DNA of 64,000 bases from Flammeovirgaceae bacterium UBA5585 (GTDB lineage: Bacteria > Bacteroidota > Bacteroidia > Cytophagales > Cyclobacteriaceae): positions 386,865 through 450,864 of the forward strand of contig DILT01000013.1 of NCBI GenBank assembly GCA_002425185.1, given 5' to 3'. The first letter of the stretch is position 1, and each line of letters begins with the position of its first letter. Shown piece after piece: positions 27,065-36,388 of the stretch. Made by a program: the position numbers and the translations under genes. The notes below the pieces were generated by a model. It did not search any database and was not told the origin of the DNA. It saw only the letters and a list, made by a program, of their open reading frames with translations.

Positions 27065-28463
27065 TATTTTTCTCCACCTGTAGCCAATACCCTTCCGGAG
27101 ATTTTTTGTACTGATTTTTGAGTTTTGGTAATCGACTAAAGAATTGCTCCATCTTGTTTCCTGGATCAATGATAACGTGAGGAGTATCTTTTTCAAAAAG
27201 CCGATTTACCAGCAGCACATTTTCATAGAACTGTGGAGTGTCAAAAATTTCCTTAGACAGAGACCAGTTAATGAAGGGTGGTGATAAGGTGTTGTGCATA
27301 AAAATCGCAGGCCGATCATCAAGTACCAGTACCCGCTTGTCGGTTATGGATAATGAAGACGCAGGAACAATCAAACGGTCGTACTTGATGGATGTTAGCT
27401 TGCCGTAGCGTGTCAAATACAGCGTGGAGACAAGACCAATCAGAATCAACCATGTATTGATTTCAGCAAACTTTTTTCTGCGGATCAACAACAAAAAATG
27501 AGTAAAGAAAAAACAAACAGCCGGGGCAAGAGGCAATAAGCTTTGTGGTCGTAAATCTGTTGTAAAGTAGATTTGAACCAACCCCACCAAAAACCACAAG
27601 AACATGGTTTGAAGAAGTTGGGATTGATACTTGGTTAACCGTGCATTTCGGCTTAGCATGACGAAGGAAACAAACAAGTAGGCAATAGGCACACTGGACA
27701 GTAGTAACAGCTCCTTCAAGGAGATCAGTGATTCGGTGGGGAAGGAAATAGCTGAAAGGTAAAATCTGTTCCATAGATCGGCCAAATGCCCATTGATATA
27801 GTAGATGGAGGATAGGATAAGATGGGGCAACAAAAATCCTATAAGCAGCAATACATGCTTCCGCAGGGTATTACGCGTAAAGATGATCAGAATCAGAAAA
27901 ACGCCAGGCAAATAAATGATATAGGAGAAGTTGAATAACGAGGCAAAACTTATGAAAAGGCCAAGGTTAAAAATCGTTTCGTCACGCTGCCCCCGAAATT
28001 CAATCTCGGTTAACAGATTATTCAGGGCTACCAGCAAAAAACCAAAGGCTGCCAGGTCAGCCGTCAGGGAAAGCACATCAAACGACAGAAGGGTAAGCAA
28101 TGAAAATAATAGCGTGGGGATGTAGGTGTTTTCGGGAAAGACTTTTTTATCGATAAAAACAACGCCAATAAAAATACTTTGCGCAAATAGCAACAGAAAG
28201 GCCGCAATATGTCTTCCGGTAAGACTTCGGCCAAAAAGGAAATCACAACTTCCGTAAAACCACGAGGCGAAAGGTGGCGTGCTGTCAATTACCTCATAAT
28301 ACAAACCAAAACCTTCTGCAACCTTCTCGCCAACCAAAAAGCCTTTGAGTTCAGAAAATGTTGTGCCCAGTGTATCTATGAAAAGCGGCAAGCACAACAA
28401 AACCATAAGGGCAAACAACCCAAGCAGTCGGTAAGGATCATTTATGCGGAAGTAGCGAAGCAA
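27054..28463 (-). CDS. polytopic membrane protein (DUF6427-like / glycosyltransferase-39-like topology)
   Basis: 469 aa with about 11 TM helices and a soluble C-terminal domain. TTG start. No catalytic motif recognised. Confidence 0.5.
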   Translation of the reverse strand: MLRYFRINDPYRLLGLFALMVLLCLPLFIDTLGTTFSELKGFLVGEKVAEGFGLYYEVIDSTPPFASWFYGSCDFLFGRSLTGRHIAAFLLLFAQSIFIGVVFIDKKVFPENTYIPTLLFSLLTLLSFDVLSLTADLAAFGFLLVALNNLLTEIEFRGQRDETIFNLGLFISFASLFNFSYIIYLPGVFLILIIFTRNTLRKHVLLLIGFLLPHLILSSIYYINGHLADLWNRFYLSAISFPTESLISLKELLLLSSVPIAYLFVSFVMLSRNARLTKYQSQLLQTMFLWFLVGLVQIYFTTDLRPQSLLPLAPAVCFFFTHFLLLIRRKKFAEINTWLILIGLVSTLYLTRYGKLTSIKYDRLIVPASSLSITDKRVLVLDDRPAIFMHNTLSPPFINWSLSKEIFDTPQFYENVLLVNRLFEKDTPHVIIDPGNKMEQFFSRLPKLKNQYKKSPEGYWLQVEKNTSN

Positions 28464-28565
28464 GGCTGTATTGGTTTTGCGGAAAAATAGACAGGAATTT
28501 TAAGGTTTGAAATGAATAGCGCCTACTTCTTTGGTTTTAGAGGCAAGACACTGGATATTTGCCTC

Positions 28566-28931
28566 ATGGCAGGAACAACACGACAGCAGAAATTTGCTCG
28601 CCTTATACACAAGGAAATCAGTGATATTCTTCAGCGCGATAAGCGTGGAATACTGGAAAACTCTTTTGTTACGGTAGCCGATGTACGGGTAAGCCCGGAT
28701 TTAGGAGTCGCCAAAATCTACCTGAGCATGATGCTGGCTAAAGACAAACCCGCTTTGCTGGAGAAAATTACATCAAGAAAGCGTGAGATCCGTAAAGCAC
28801 TGGGCGACCGTATTCGCAACCAGGCACGGATAATTCCGGAGTTGGTTTTTTATGTAGACGAAGTCGAGGAGAAAGCTCAACGCCTCGATGAGATTATCAA
28901 AAACCTGAACATACCACCGGCTGAAGCTTGA
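28566..28931 (+). CDS. rbfA: ribosome-binding factor A
   Basis: I prefer the ATG at 28566 (MAGTTRQQKFARLIHKEISDIL). Motif IPELVFYVD is present. The ORF track extends to 28512. Confidence 0.88.
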   Translation: MAGTTRQQKFARLIHKEISDILQRDKRGILENSFVTVADVRVSPDLGVAKIYLSMMLAKDKPALLEKITSRKREIRKALGDRIRNQARIIPELVFYVDEVEEKAQRLDEIIKNLNIPPAEA

Positions 28932-30151
28932 AACTCGAATTTTTTATAGCGCGAAGGTATCTGCTGTCCAGGCGAAAAAAGAACTTCATTAATATTATTT
29001 CCATTCTTTCCCTGGTTGGGGTTGCCTTTAGTGCGGCTGCAATAATAATTGTGTTATCCGTATTTAACGGCCTGGGTGATTTACTTCGCTCACTTAATAA
29101 TTCCTTCGATCCTGAAATTAAAATCGAGGCTGCGCGCGGCAAGTCCTTTCCGGTAAGCGATTCCTTATTGAAAAAAATTGAAGCGGTTGAGGGTGTTGCC
29201 TTAGTAACTGAAGTTATCGAAGATTATGCCTATGTACGATACCGCGATGCCAACCAGGTAATTACGTTAAAGGGAGTAAGTGATAATTTTATTGATCAGC
29301 ACCGCATTGATGATAAAATTGTAGCCGGTGAATTAAGGTTGAACAAAGGCGATGTTCAGTATGCCATCATTGGCCGGGGTGTACAGTATACCCTGTCTAT
29401 TGCTGTGGGTGATGATATGTTTCCGCTTCAGGTATACTATATTAATAATGTTAAGTCGGGCACGCTTGATCCGTCACGGTTGTATTCACGAAAAAATATT
29501 TTAGTGGGAGCAGCATTTTCCATCGTTCAGAATTTTGATGAGAATTATGTGCTGGTTCCGCTGTCCTTTGCTCAGGAATTACTTCGCTATGATAACAGGC
29601 GCACCTCACTGGAGATTAAGACAAAACCCGGGACAGATATTTTTAACGTTCAGGATCGTATAAAGACTGCTTTAGGAGAGTCGTACCTAGTACTTAATCA
29701 CGAGGAACAACATAAAGATCTTTACCGGTTACTGAAGATGGAAAAACTATTTACCTTTTTGGCGCTTTCCCTGCTATTGGGAATCAGCTCGATTAATATT
29801 TTTTTTAGTTTGATGATGCTGGCTTTAGATAAGAAAAAGGACATTTCCATTTTGGCGGCCATGGGGGCCAATGAAAATCTGATCCGGAAAATTTTTGTAG
29901 TGGAAGGTGGATTGATCGCGTTTGGCGGGGCGTTGCTTGGATTGCTATTAGGAGGAATTTTCTGCTGGCTGCAATTGAATTACGGAATTATTAGTATGGG
30001 TATGGAGACTTCCGTTACAGAAGGGTACCCGATCAAAGTTAAGGTCATTGACTTTGTAAGCACACTTGCGGTGGTTTCTGTTCTCACATTTTTAATCTCG
30101 TGGCGACCTGCTATCCTGGCTTCGCGGTCAGTTTCCGTCAGGAACCTGTAA
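28928..30151 (+). CDS. FtsX-like ABC transporter permease (LolC/E family)
   Basis: 407 aa. The N-terminus FFIARRYLLSRRKKNFINIISILSLVG is followed by a large periplasmic loop and a C-terminal FtsX 3-TM module. TTG start overlapping the rbfA stop. Confidence 0.8.
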   Translation: MKLEFFIARRYLLSRRKKNFINIISILSLVGVAFSAAAIIIVLSVFNGLGDLLRSLNNSFDPEIKIEAARGKSFPVSDSLLKKIEAVEGVALVTEVIEDYAYVRYRDANQVITLKGVSDNFIDQHRIDDKIVAGELRLNKGDVQYAIIGRGVQYTLSIAVGDDMFPLQVYYINNVKSGTLDPSRLYSRKNILVGAAFSIVQNFDENYVLVPLSFAQELLRYDNRRTSLEIKTKPGTDIFNVQDRIKTALGESYLVLNHEEQHKDLYRLLKMEKLFTFLALSLLLGISSINIFFSLMMLALDKKKDISILAAMGANENLIRKIFVVEGGLIAFGGALLGLLLGGIFCWLQLNYGIISMGMETSVTEGYPIKVKVIDFVSTLAVVSVLTFLISWRPAILASRSVSVRNL

Positions 30152-30170
30152 GGTTCATGTATGAAATAGG

Positions 30171-30190
30171 CTGAAATTCAACGATTTCAG
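30171..30190 (+). repeat. 7-bp perfect inverted repeat downstream of the lolE-like gene
   Basis: CTGAAAT-tcaacg-ATTTCAG. No T-tract follows it. Confidence 0.5.
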
Positions 30191-30207
30191 AAATTCAAAA
30201 TCCTTAG

Positions 30208-30250
30208 TTTAGAGGTTCCGTTTTTAGAAAAAGTGCTAAAAACCTCTAAA
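30208..30250 (+). repeat. 10-bp perfect inverted repeat abutting the SNF2 start codon
   Basis: TTTAGAGGTT (30208-30217) and AACCTCTAAA (30241-30250) are separated by 23 nt. The right arm ends 2 nt before the ATG at 30253. Confidence 0.6.
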
Positions 30251-30252
30251 TC

Positions 30253-33192
30253 ATGAAGGTTTCTGCTTCCCAGCCATTTCAAATCATATACTCGTTGTTT
30301 GAACACGAGTACCTGGGATTCCTTTTTGAGTCGTATATCGTGCACGTAGACGAGAAGGGAAAGCTCACCTACCAGCATCAAAATATCTCGGCTAAAAATG
30401 CACGCGAATTTTCCAAGGGACTTGACGACCGGGATTTCGAACTCATTAAACTTATTGACACCATGCAGCAGGACGCTGTTGCTAAAAAATTTGCCGGTAA
30501 ACCGGTAAAGCCCGAAGAATTTTTCCCCAAAGTATTTGATAAGAAAAAGGGAAATGAAGCGCTTCAGGAGTTGATTGAGATTCATATGGAAACGAAGCGT
30601 GCAGAGGTACTGGAGATACTTAAGGGGAAACTATTGTTTGAAACGGGCAACGATGGTGAGCCTACGCATCGTAAAATTGAAGTAATGGAAAAAAGGGCCT
30701 CCATTCAGTTTCATTTTATGCGTGGTGACGATAGCACCAACTACTACCCAACTATTTTTTACGATGGAAAAAAACTGGAGTTACCCAACCCGACAGCGTT
30801 TCTGATTTGCAAGCACCCGGCCTGGGTGGTTATGAATGGAAAGCTCTATGGTTTTGAAAAATACGTTGACGGAAAAAAACTTCTTCCCTTTCTCAGCAAG
30901 AAGTTTGTAGTGATTCCCAAAAACCTGGAAGAAACTTACTATAACAGGTTTATCGCCCCGCTTATCGCTTCGTTCGATGATATTGAGGCAAAGGGATTTG
31001 AGATTAATAAAAATGAATACGATCCCAAGCCTATACTTACCATTTCGGAGTTACCCTCTGCACAAAGCGCAGCAACACCTTCACTGTTTGAGAAGAAGGA
31101 AACAGAAGATAAAAGTGATGAATCCGGAAAGATTGTTTTTGATCTTTCATTTAAATACGGCAAACATAAATTTCAGGGTAGAAACCGTGTGCCGGTAAGT
31201 GTTACGGTTGAAAAACATGATAACGACTATGTTTTTCACCGTGTACAACGCAAAGTGGATACCGAAAAAAACTTTCTTCAAACGCTTCAAAAGCTTGGCC
31301 TTCAAATGAAGGACTTTAATGTAGCCATCTCAAAGTCAGAGGCTTTTTCATGGCTTAATGAAAACCGTGTAAACCTGCTTAACCTGGGGTTTGAAGTGAG
31401 CCAGCCGCAGAGTAACGATAAGAAATATTTTGTCGGTAAGGCGGTAATTGAAGTTGAAGTAAAAGAGAATATTGACTGGTTTGATATTCATGCACGAATT
31501 AAGTTCGGTGAATTTGAGATTCCGTTTAAGGAACTGCGCAAACTCATTCTGAAAAAGAAGGTAGAGTTTAAGCTACCGAATGGTGAAATTGCCATTATTC
31601 CTGAAGCATGGTTAACCCGCTATGCCGATTTGTTTGCCTTAAGTGAAACAGAAGGCGATAAGGAAAAGCCGGTTTTACGCAAGCACCACCTTAACCTGGT
31701 TAAGGAATTAGAGGATGGTAACCTGGCCAAAGTTCATATTAGTGAAAAGCTAAGGTCGCTGGGGTCGTTTAGCGGTATTAAAAATTATTCTCTTCCGGAT
31801 GGATTTGTTGGTGAACTTAGGCCTTATCAGAAAGCCGGATACAACTGGCTCCGTTTTTTAAATGAATTTAAGTTAGGCGGTTGTTTGGCAGACGATATGG
31901 GCTTGGGTAAAACCGTTCAAACCCTGGCCATGCTGCAGGCAGAAAAAGAAGCCGGTCATGGCACCACCTTACTCATCATGCCCACCTCGCTGGTGTACAA
32001 TTGGGAAATGGAAGCGTCAAAGTTTGCTCCGCAATTAAAAGTACTGAACTATACGGGTACACTTCGCAACAAAGACGTTAAGCGATTTGAAAAGTATGAC
32101 ATCGTGCTTACATCGTACGGTATTACCCGGTTAGACATTGAGCTGTTAAAAAACTTTTATTTCAACTACATCATACTGGATGAGTCGCAGGTAATCAAAA
32201 ACCCATCCTCCAACATTGCAAAGGCTGTTCGCGAACTTAAATCACGTTACAGGCTGGTGTTAACCGGAACACCACTCGAAAACACGACAATGGATTTGTG
32301 GTCGCAGGTGAGTTTTATCAACCCGGGTATGCTAGGTTCGCAAACGTACTTTCGGCTGGAATACCAGGTGCCTATTGAGAAGAAGGGCGATGAGGCTAAA
32401 TCCAAGAAACTTAATTCGATTATCAAACCGTTTGTGTTGCGTAGGCATAAATCGCAGGTGGCTACCGAATTGCCGGAAAAAGTTGAGAACATTCAGTATT
32501 CCGTAATGACTGCGGAGCAGGAAAAGCGATACGAAGAAACAAAAGCATACTATCGCGGCCGTATATTGGATTTGATTGATAAAGAAGGAATGGGTAATAG
32601 CCGGTTCATGATTTTGGAGGGTCTGACCAAACTTCGACAGCTGGCCAATCATCCTAAAATGATTGAACCTTCTTATACTGGTGATTCAGGTAAGTTGGAA
32701 GACATTACACACATGTTGGAAAATGCTATGGCCGAAGGGCATAAGGTGTTAGTGTTTAGCCAGTTTGTAAAACACTTAACCCTGGTACGTCAATACCTGA
32801 AGTCAAATAAAATTGATTTTGCTTACCTGGATGGCGCCAGTATTGATCGAAAAGAACAAGTAGATCGTTTTAATAAGGATCCAAAAGTAAAAGCATTTCT
32901 TATTTCCATAAAAGCTGGGGGGTTAGGGCTTAACCTTACCGAAGCTGATTATGTGTTCATTCTTGATCCATGGTGGAACCCGGCTGTAGAGGCCCAGGCG
33001 GTTGATCGCGCACATCGTATTGGTCAAAAGAAAAAGGTGTTTACGTACAAGTTCATTACACGCAACACGGTTGAAGAAAAAATACTGACCCTTCAACAAA
33101 AAAAATTGAGGCTTACGCAAGAACTTATTACTACCGAAGAAACGATTATGAAGCAGTTGACACGCGCAGACATAGAACAAATGCTGGCTTAG
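30253..33192 (+). CDS. SNF2 family DEAD/H helicase with long N-terminal region
   Basis: 979 aa. The helicase core starts near residue 520 with motif I (LADDMGLGKT), II (ILDESQVIKN), III (LTGTPLEN) and V-VI (GGLGLNLTEADYVFILDPWWNPAVEAQAVDRAHRIGQ). The N-terminal half may be an SNF2-associated domain, but this is not verified. Confidence 0.9.
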   Translation: MKVSASQPFQIIYSLFEHEYLGFLFESYIVHVDEKGKLTYQHQNISAKNAREFSKGLDDRDFELIKLIDTMQQDAVAKKFAGKPVKPEEFFPKVFDKKKGNEALQELIEIHMETKRAEVLEILKGKLLFETGNDGEPTHRKIEVMEKRASIQFHFMRGDDSTNYYPTIFYDGKKLELPNPTAFLICKHPAWVVMNGKLYGFEKYVDGKKLLPFLSKKFVVIPKNLEETYYNRFIAPLIASFDDIEAKGFEINKNEYDPKPILTISELPSAQSAATPSLFEKKETEDKSDESGKIVFDLSFKYGKHKFQGRNRVPVSVTVEKHDNDYVFHRVQRKVDTEKNFLQTLQKLGLQMKDFNVAISKSEAFSWLNENRVNLLNLGFEVSQPQSNDKKYFVGKAVIEVEVKENIDWFDIHARIKFGEFEIPFKELRKLILKKKVEFKLPNGEIAIIPEAWLTRYADLFALSETEGDKEKPVLRKHHLNLVKELEDGNLAKVHISEKLRSLGSFSGIKNYSLPDGFVGELRPYQKAGYNWLRFLNEFKLGGCLADDMGLGKTVQTLAMLQAEKEAGHGTTLLIMPTSLVYNWEMEASKFAPQLKVLNYTGTLRNKDVKRFEKYDIVLTSYGITRLDIELLKNFYFNYIILDESQVIKNPSSNIAKAVRELKSRYRLVLTGTPLENTTMDLWSQVSFINPGMLGSQTYFRLEYQVPIEKKGDEAKSKKLNSIIKPFVLRRHKSQVATELPEKVENIQYSVMTAEQEKRYEETKAYYRGRILDLIDKEGMGNSRFMILEGLTKLRQLANHPKMIEPSYTGDSGKLEDITHMLENAMAEGHKVLVFSQFVKHLTLVRQYLKSNKIDFAYLDGASIDRKEQVDRFNKDPKVKAFLISIKAGGLGLNLTEADYVFILDPWWNPAVEAQAVDRAHRIGQKKKVFTYKFITRNTVEEKILTLQQKKLRLTQELITTEETIMKQLTRADIEQMLA

Positions 33193-33212
33193 TTTGTATG
33201 GTGCGCAGTAAT

Positions 33213-34085
33213 TTATTGCAACGTTTGGTTCTCTTTCAGGTGTCTTTTTTTCCACCGGTTGTGTGACCATAGCCAGCCACCAGGGTACTCGCGAATTACT
33301 TTTTCAACGACTTTTGCGTAATTCTCAACAACCGTCTCTGAATTTTTTTCATAGGGGGGCTCGGCAATTTTTATTAGCGTGCAGGTATAATAGCCACGTT
33401 TTATTTTTTTCACCTTACCATAAAGTGCCGGAAACTGTGTGAGTAACGCCATTTGCTGGCTGCCATAAAAAAACATCGTTTCCTGGTTTAAAAAAGTTGT
33501 TGGATACTTTTTATCATTGCCATGCCCGGGATATTGATCTGCCACAATGGCAATTCCACGCTGTATACTCCTGCGCTTAATCAACTCGCGGGCTACTTCA
33601 TTTCGCTTTATCGCATAGCCTCCGAACCGGGTACGGCACGTTTGCATAAAATTATTGAACAACGTATTGTTTATGGGTTGATATACAAAATCAATGGGCA
33701 TATTCAGACATAATGTGCCTGATGCCAGAAGCCACTCCCAGTTAAATTGATGCGATGAAAGCAGTATAACAGATTGATTTTGGTCGCGATAGTTAAAAGC
33801 CATTTCAGGGTTAGTATACTGCATTCTTTTTTGCAGTTCTTCGGGTTTAATTGTTATTAGTTTTAGAGTTTCTACTGCATAGTCGCACAGGTTGCGATAG
33901 AACTCTTTTTCGATTTGCTTTACTTCGGGTAATGACTTTTCGGGAAAGGAATTTTTGAGGTTTCGTCTTACCAGCTTTTTACGATAGCCGATCACATAAT
34001 AGCTCAATAAAAACATGAAGTCGGCAATAAAATAAAGTATAGAGAAGGGTAACCGGGAGAGGAAACGGAGTAAAATCATGTTCAT
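33213..34085 (-). CDS. lysophospholipid / lipid A (LpxL-type) acyltransferase
   Basis: 290 aa. An N-terminal TM helix and an HX4-acidic motif (SSHQFNWEW) fit the late lipid A acyltransferase family. Confidence 0.7.
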   Translation of the reverse strand: MNMILLRFLSRLPFSILYFIADFMFLLSYYVIGYRKKLVRRNLKNSFPEKSLPEVKQIEKEFYRNLCDYAVETLKLITIKPEELQKRMQYTNPEMAFNYRDQNQSVILLSSHQFNWEWLLASGTLCLNMPIDFVYQPINNTLFNNFMQTCRTRFGGYAIKRNEVARELIKRRSIQRGIAIVADQYPGHGNDKKYPTTFLNQETMFFYGSQQMALLTQFPALYGKVKKIKRGYYTCTLIKIAEPPYEKNSETVVENYAKVVEKVIREYPGGWLWSHNRWKKRHLKENQTLQ

Positions 34086-34118
34086 GTCTTTCCGGGCAAC
34101 AAGTTAAGTAAGTATTGC

Positions 34119-34126
34119 TATTTTTG
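34119..34126 (+). promoter_or_regulatory. Bacteroidota -7 box (TAttTTTG) for SDR-radA
   Basis: tatttttg lies 42 nt upstream of the ATG at 34169. Confidence 0.4.
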
Positions 34127-34168
34127 GTGCAATTTAGAGAGTGCAGGTTTCGCCTTTCTGTTTTTCAT

Positions 34169-34975
34169 ATGAGAGATAAGGTAGTTGTTATTACGGGCGG
34201 ATCATCCGGAATCGGTAAAGCCCTGGCGCACGAGTTTGGACGGCACGGTTCCAAAATAGTAATTACCGGTCGTAACCAGCACGATCTGGAAGAGGCTTTG
34301 GATGAATTGAAGCGGGCAGGGATCACGGCAATTGGATGCCATGCTGATGTAAGTATTGAAGATGATAATAAGCGAATGGCGGAGGAGGCCATCCGTGCAT
34401 ACGGACGGATTGATGTACTGATTAACAATGCGGGTATCTCCATGCGGGCTTCTTTTGAAGAGGTGCAGCTTGACGTAATCAAGAAAGTAATGGACATCAA
34501 TTTTTACGGTGCCGTTTATGCCACGCGTTACTGCTTGCCGGAAATTGTAAAGAACAAGGGATCAATTATTGGAATATCCTCTATTGCAGGATATAGGGGA
34601 TTGCCGGGAAGAGCCGGATACTCAGCTTCTAAATTTGCATTAAATGGTTTTTTAGAAGTGTTACGTACGGAGTACCTTCATAAAGGAGTACATGTGTTAA
34701 CAGCATGCCCGGGGTTTACCTCAACCAACATTCGCATGCGTGCTTTACTGGCCGATGGTCGGGAGCAAAAGGAATCTCCCCGCGAAGAAGATAAGGAGAT
34801 GTCACCTCAGCAGTGTGCACGGTATATTTATCGTGCAACCGTCAAGCGTAAACATATACTCATTCTCACATTCGAGGGAAAAATGGCCGTGTTCCTTAAC
34901 AAGTGGTGGCCGTGGTTGGCAGATGAGGTTGTGTTTAAATACATGGCTAAGGAAGTGACTGTTCCGACCAGGTAA
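34169..34975 (+). CDS. SDR family oxidoreductase
   Basis: I prefer the ATG at 34169 (MRDKVVVITGGSSGIGKA), which lies downstream of a -7 box at 34119. Catalytic motif YSASKFAL is present. Confidence 0.88.
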   Translation: MRDKVVVITGGSSGIGKALAHEFGRHGSKIVITGRNQHDLEEALDELKRAGITAIGCHADVSIEDDNKRMAEEAIRAYGRIDVLINNAGISMRASFEEVQLDVIKKVMDINFYGAVYATRYCLPEIVKNKGSIIGISSIAGYRGLPGRAGYSASKFALNGFLEVLRTEYLHKGVHVLTACPGFTSTNIRMRALLADGREQKESPREEDKEMSPQQCARYIYRATVKRKHILILTFEGKMAVFLNKWWPWLADEVVFKYMAKEVTVPTR

Positions 34976-36351
34976 TGGCCAAAACAAAAACTCTTTTCTT
35001 CTGTCAAAACTGCGGCCACGAATCGCCTAAGTGGATGGGCAAGTGCCCATCGTGCAACCAGTGGAACACATTTGCCGAAGAAGTAATACGAAAAGAGGGC
35101 CCCGTCAAAAACGATTGGCGAAGCGAGAGCAGCCCCAGGCAAAGAAATGCACCGCACGTGTTACACGAAATTGAATCGGGCCGCGAAGTGCGCGTGGCAA
35201 CGCCTGATCAGGAATTAAACCGGGTGCTGGGCGGAGGTATTGTACCCGGATCATTAATACTGATCGGAGGTGAACCCGGCATTGGAAAATCCACCCTAAT
35301 GTTACAGTTGGCGCTGTCACTTAAAAACAGTAAAGTGCTTTATGTTTCGGGTGAAGAAAGTGAGCAACAAATAAAAATGCGTGCGGAACGACTCACCCAA
35401 TCGCAAAGTGAGTCATGTTATATTTTTACCGAAACCAATACCCAAAATATTTTTCTGGGCATTCGTGAGTTAAAGCCCGATTTGGTCATTATCGATTCTA
35501 TCCAAACGCTGCATTCGGAGTTGCTTGATTCAACGGCCGGCAGCATTGGCCAGGTGCGGCAATGTGCGGGCGAACTGATGAAGTTTGCGAAAGAAGCAAA
35601 TACTCCGGTTTTTCTGGTTGGTCACATCACGAAGGATGGTATGCTCGCAGGACCAAAGGTGTTGGAGCATATGGTTGACACCGTTTTGCAGTTTGAAGGC
35701 GATCGTCATCTGGCTTACCGCATATTACGCACTACCAAAAACCGTTTTGGCTCTACATCAGAAATTGGTATTTATGAAATGCTTGGTGATGGTTTGCGCG
35801 AAGTCTCCAATCCATCCGAAATTTTGATCTCACAAAAGGACGGGCCATTGAGTGGAGCCACCATTGGTGCTACCATGGAAGGGAACAGGCCACTGCTGAT
35901 TGAAATCCAGTCGCTTGTGAGCCCGGCATCGTATGGTACACCCCAGCGTACGCCTACCGGTTTTGATCAAAAGCGATTAAACATGTTGCTGGCTGTGCTG
36001 GAAAAACGTTGCGGCTTCCGTATGGGTCAGCACGATGTGTTTGTGAACATGGCGGGCGGCATACGGGTGGAAGACCCGGCCATTGACCTGGCCGTGTGTG
36101 TTTCGGTTATTTCTTCATTAGAAGAATTGTCTGTTTCAGAAAAAATTTGTTTTGCAGCCGAAGTGGGGTTAGGCGGTGAACTACGGGCCGTAAACCGCAT
36201 TGAGCAGCGCATATCCGAAGCAGAAAAACTCGGCTTTACGGAAATCTATGTTTCAAAATTCAGCCAGAAAGCACTGGATACCCGAAAGGTAAAGATCACA
36301 GTAAAATCGTTCGGAAAGTTAACCGAAGTATTTCAGGATTTATTTGGCTGA
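34975..36351 (+). CDS. radA: DNA repair protein RadA
   Basis: 458 aa with a zinc finger (CQNCGHESPKWMGKCPSCNQW), Walker A (GEPGIGKST), the KNRFG motif and a Lon-like C-terminal domain. Confidence 0.95.
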   Translation: MAKTKTLFFCQNCGHESPKWMGKCPSCNQWNTFAEEVIRKEGPVKNDWRSESSPRQRNAPHVLHEIESGREVRVATPDQELNRVLGGGIVPGSLILIGGEPGIGKSTLMLQLALSLKNSKVLYVSGEESEQQIKMRAERLTQSQSESCYIFTETNTQNIFLGIRELKPDLVIIDSIQTLHSELLDSTAGSIGQVRQCAGELMKFAKEANTPVFLVGHITKDGMLAGPKVLEHMVDTVLQFEGDRHLAYRILRTTKNRFGSTSEIGIYEMLGDGLREVSNPSEILISQKDGPLSGATIGATMEGNRPLLIEIQSLVSPASYGTPQRTPTGFDQKRLNMLLAVLEKRCGFRMGQHDVFVNMAGGIRVEDPAIDLAVCVSVISSLEELSVSEKICFAAEVGLGGELRAVNRIEQRISEAEKLGFTEIYVSKFSQKALDTRKVKITVKSFGKLTEVFQDLFG

Positions 36352-36388
36352 TCGTGGCCATCGTGTAATCTTTGCACACACGTACTTT

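Noticed and set aside
26687-27196. 169-aa ORF antisense to rpiB; likewise 21390-21728 (antisense to pdxJ), 30187-30585 (antisense to the SNF2 5' end) and 51279-51731 (alternative frame of the M28 gene)
   Set aside because: Each lies inside or across confidently assigned genes, has no recognisable motifs, and its composition is typical of shadow ORFs.
30253-33192. SNF2 helicase as part of a DISARM/BREX/Zorya-type defence system
   Set aside because: No adjacent methyltransferase, PLD/nuclease, DUF1998 or ZorAB-like genes are present, and the flanks are housekeeping genes. It is kept as an orphan helicase of unknown role.
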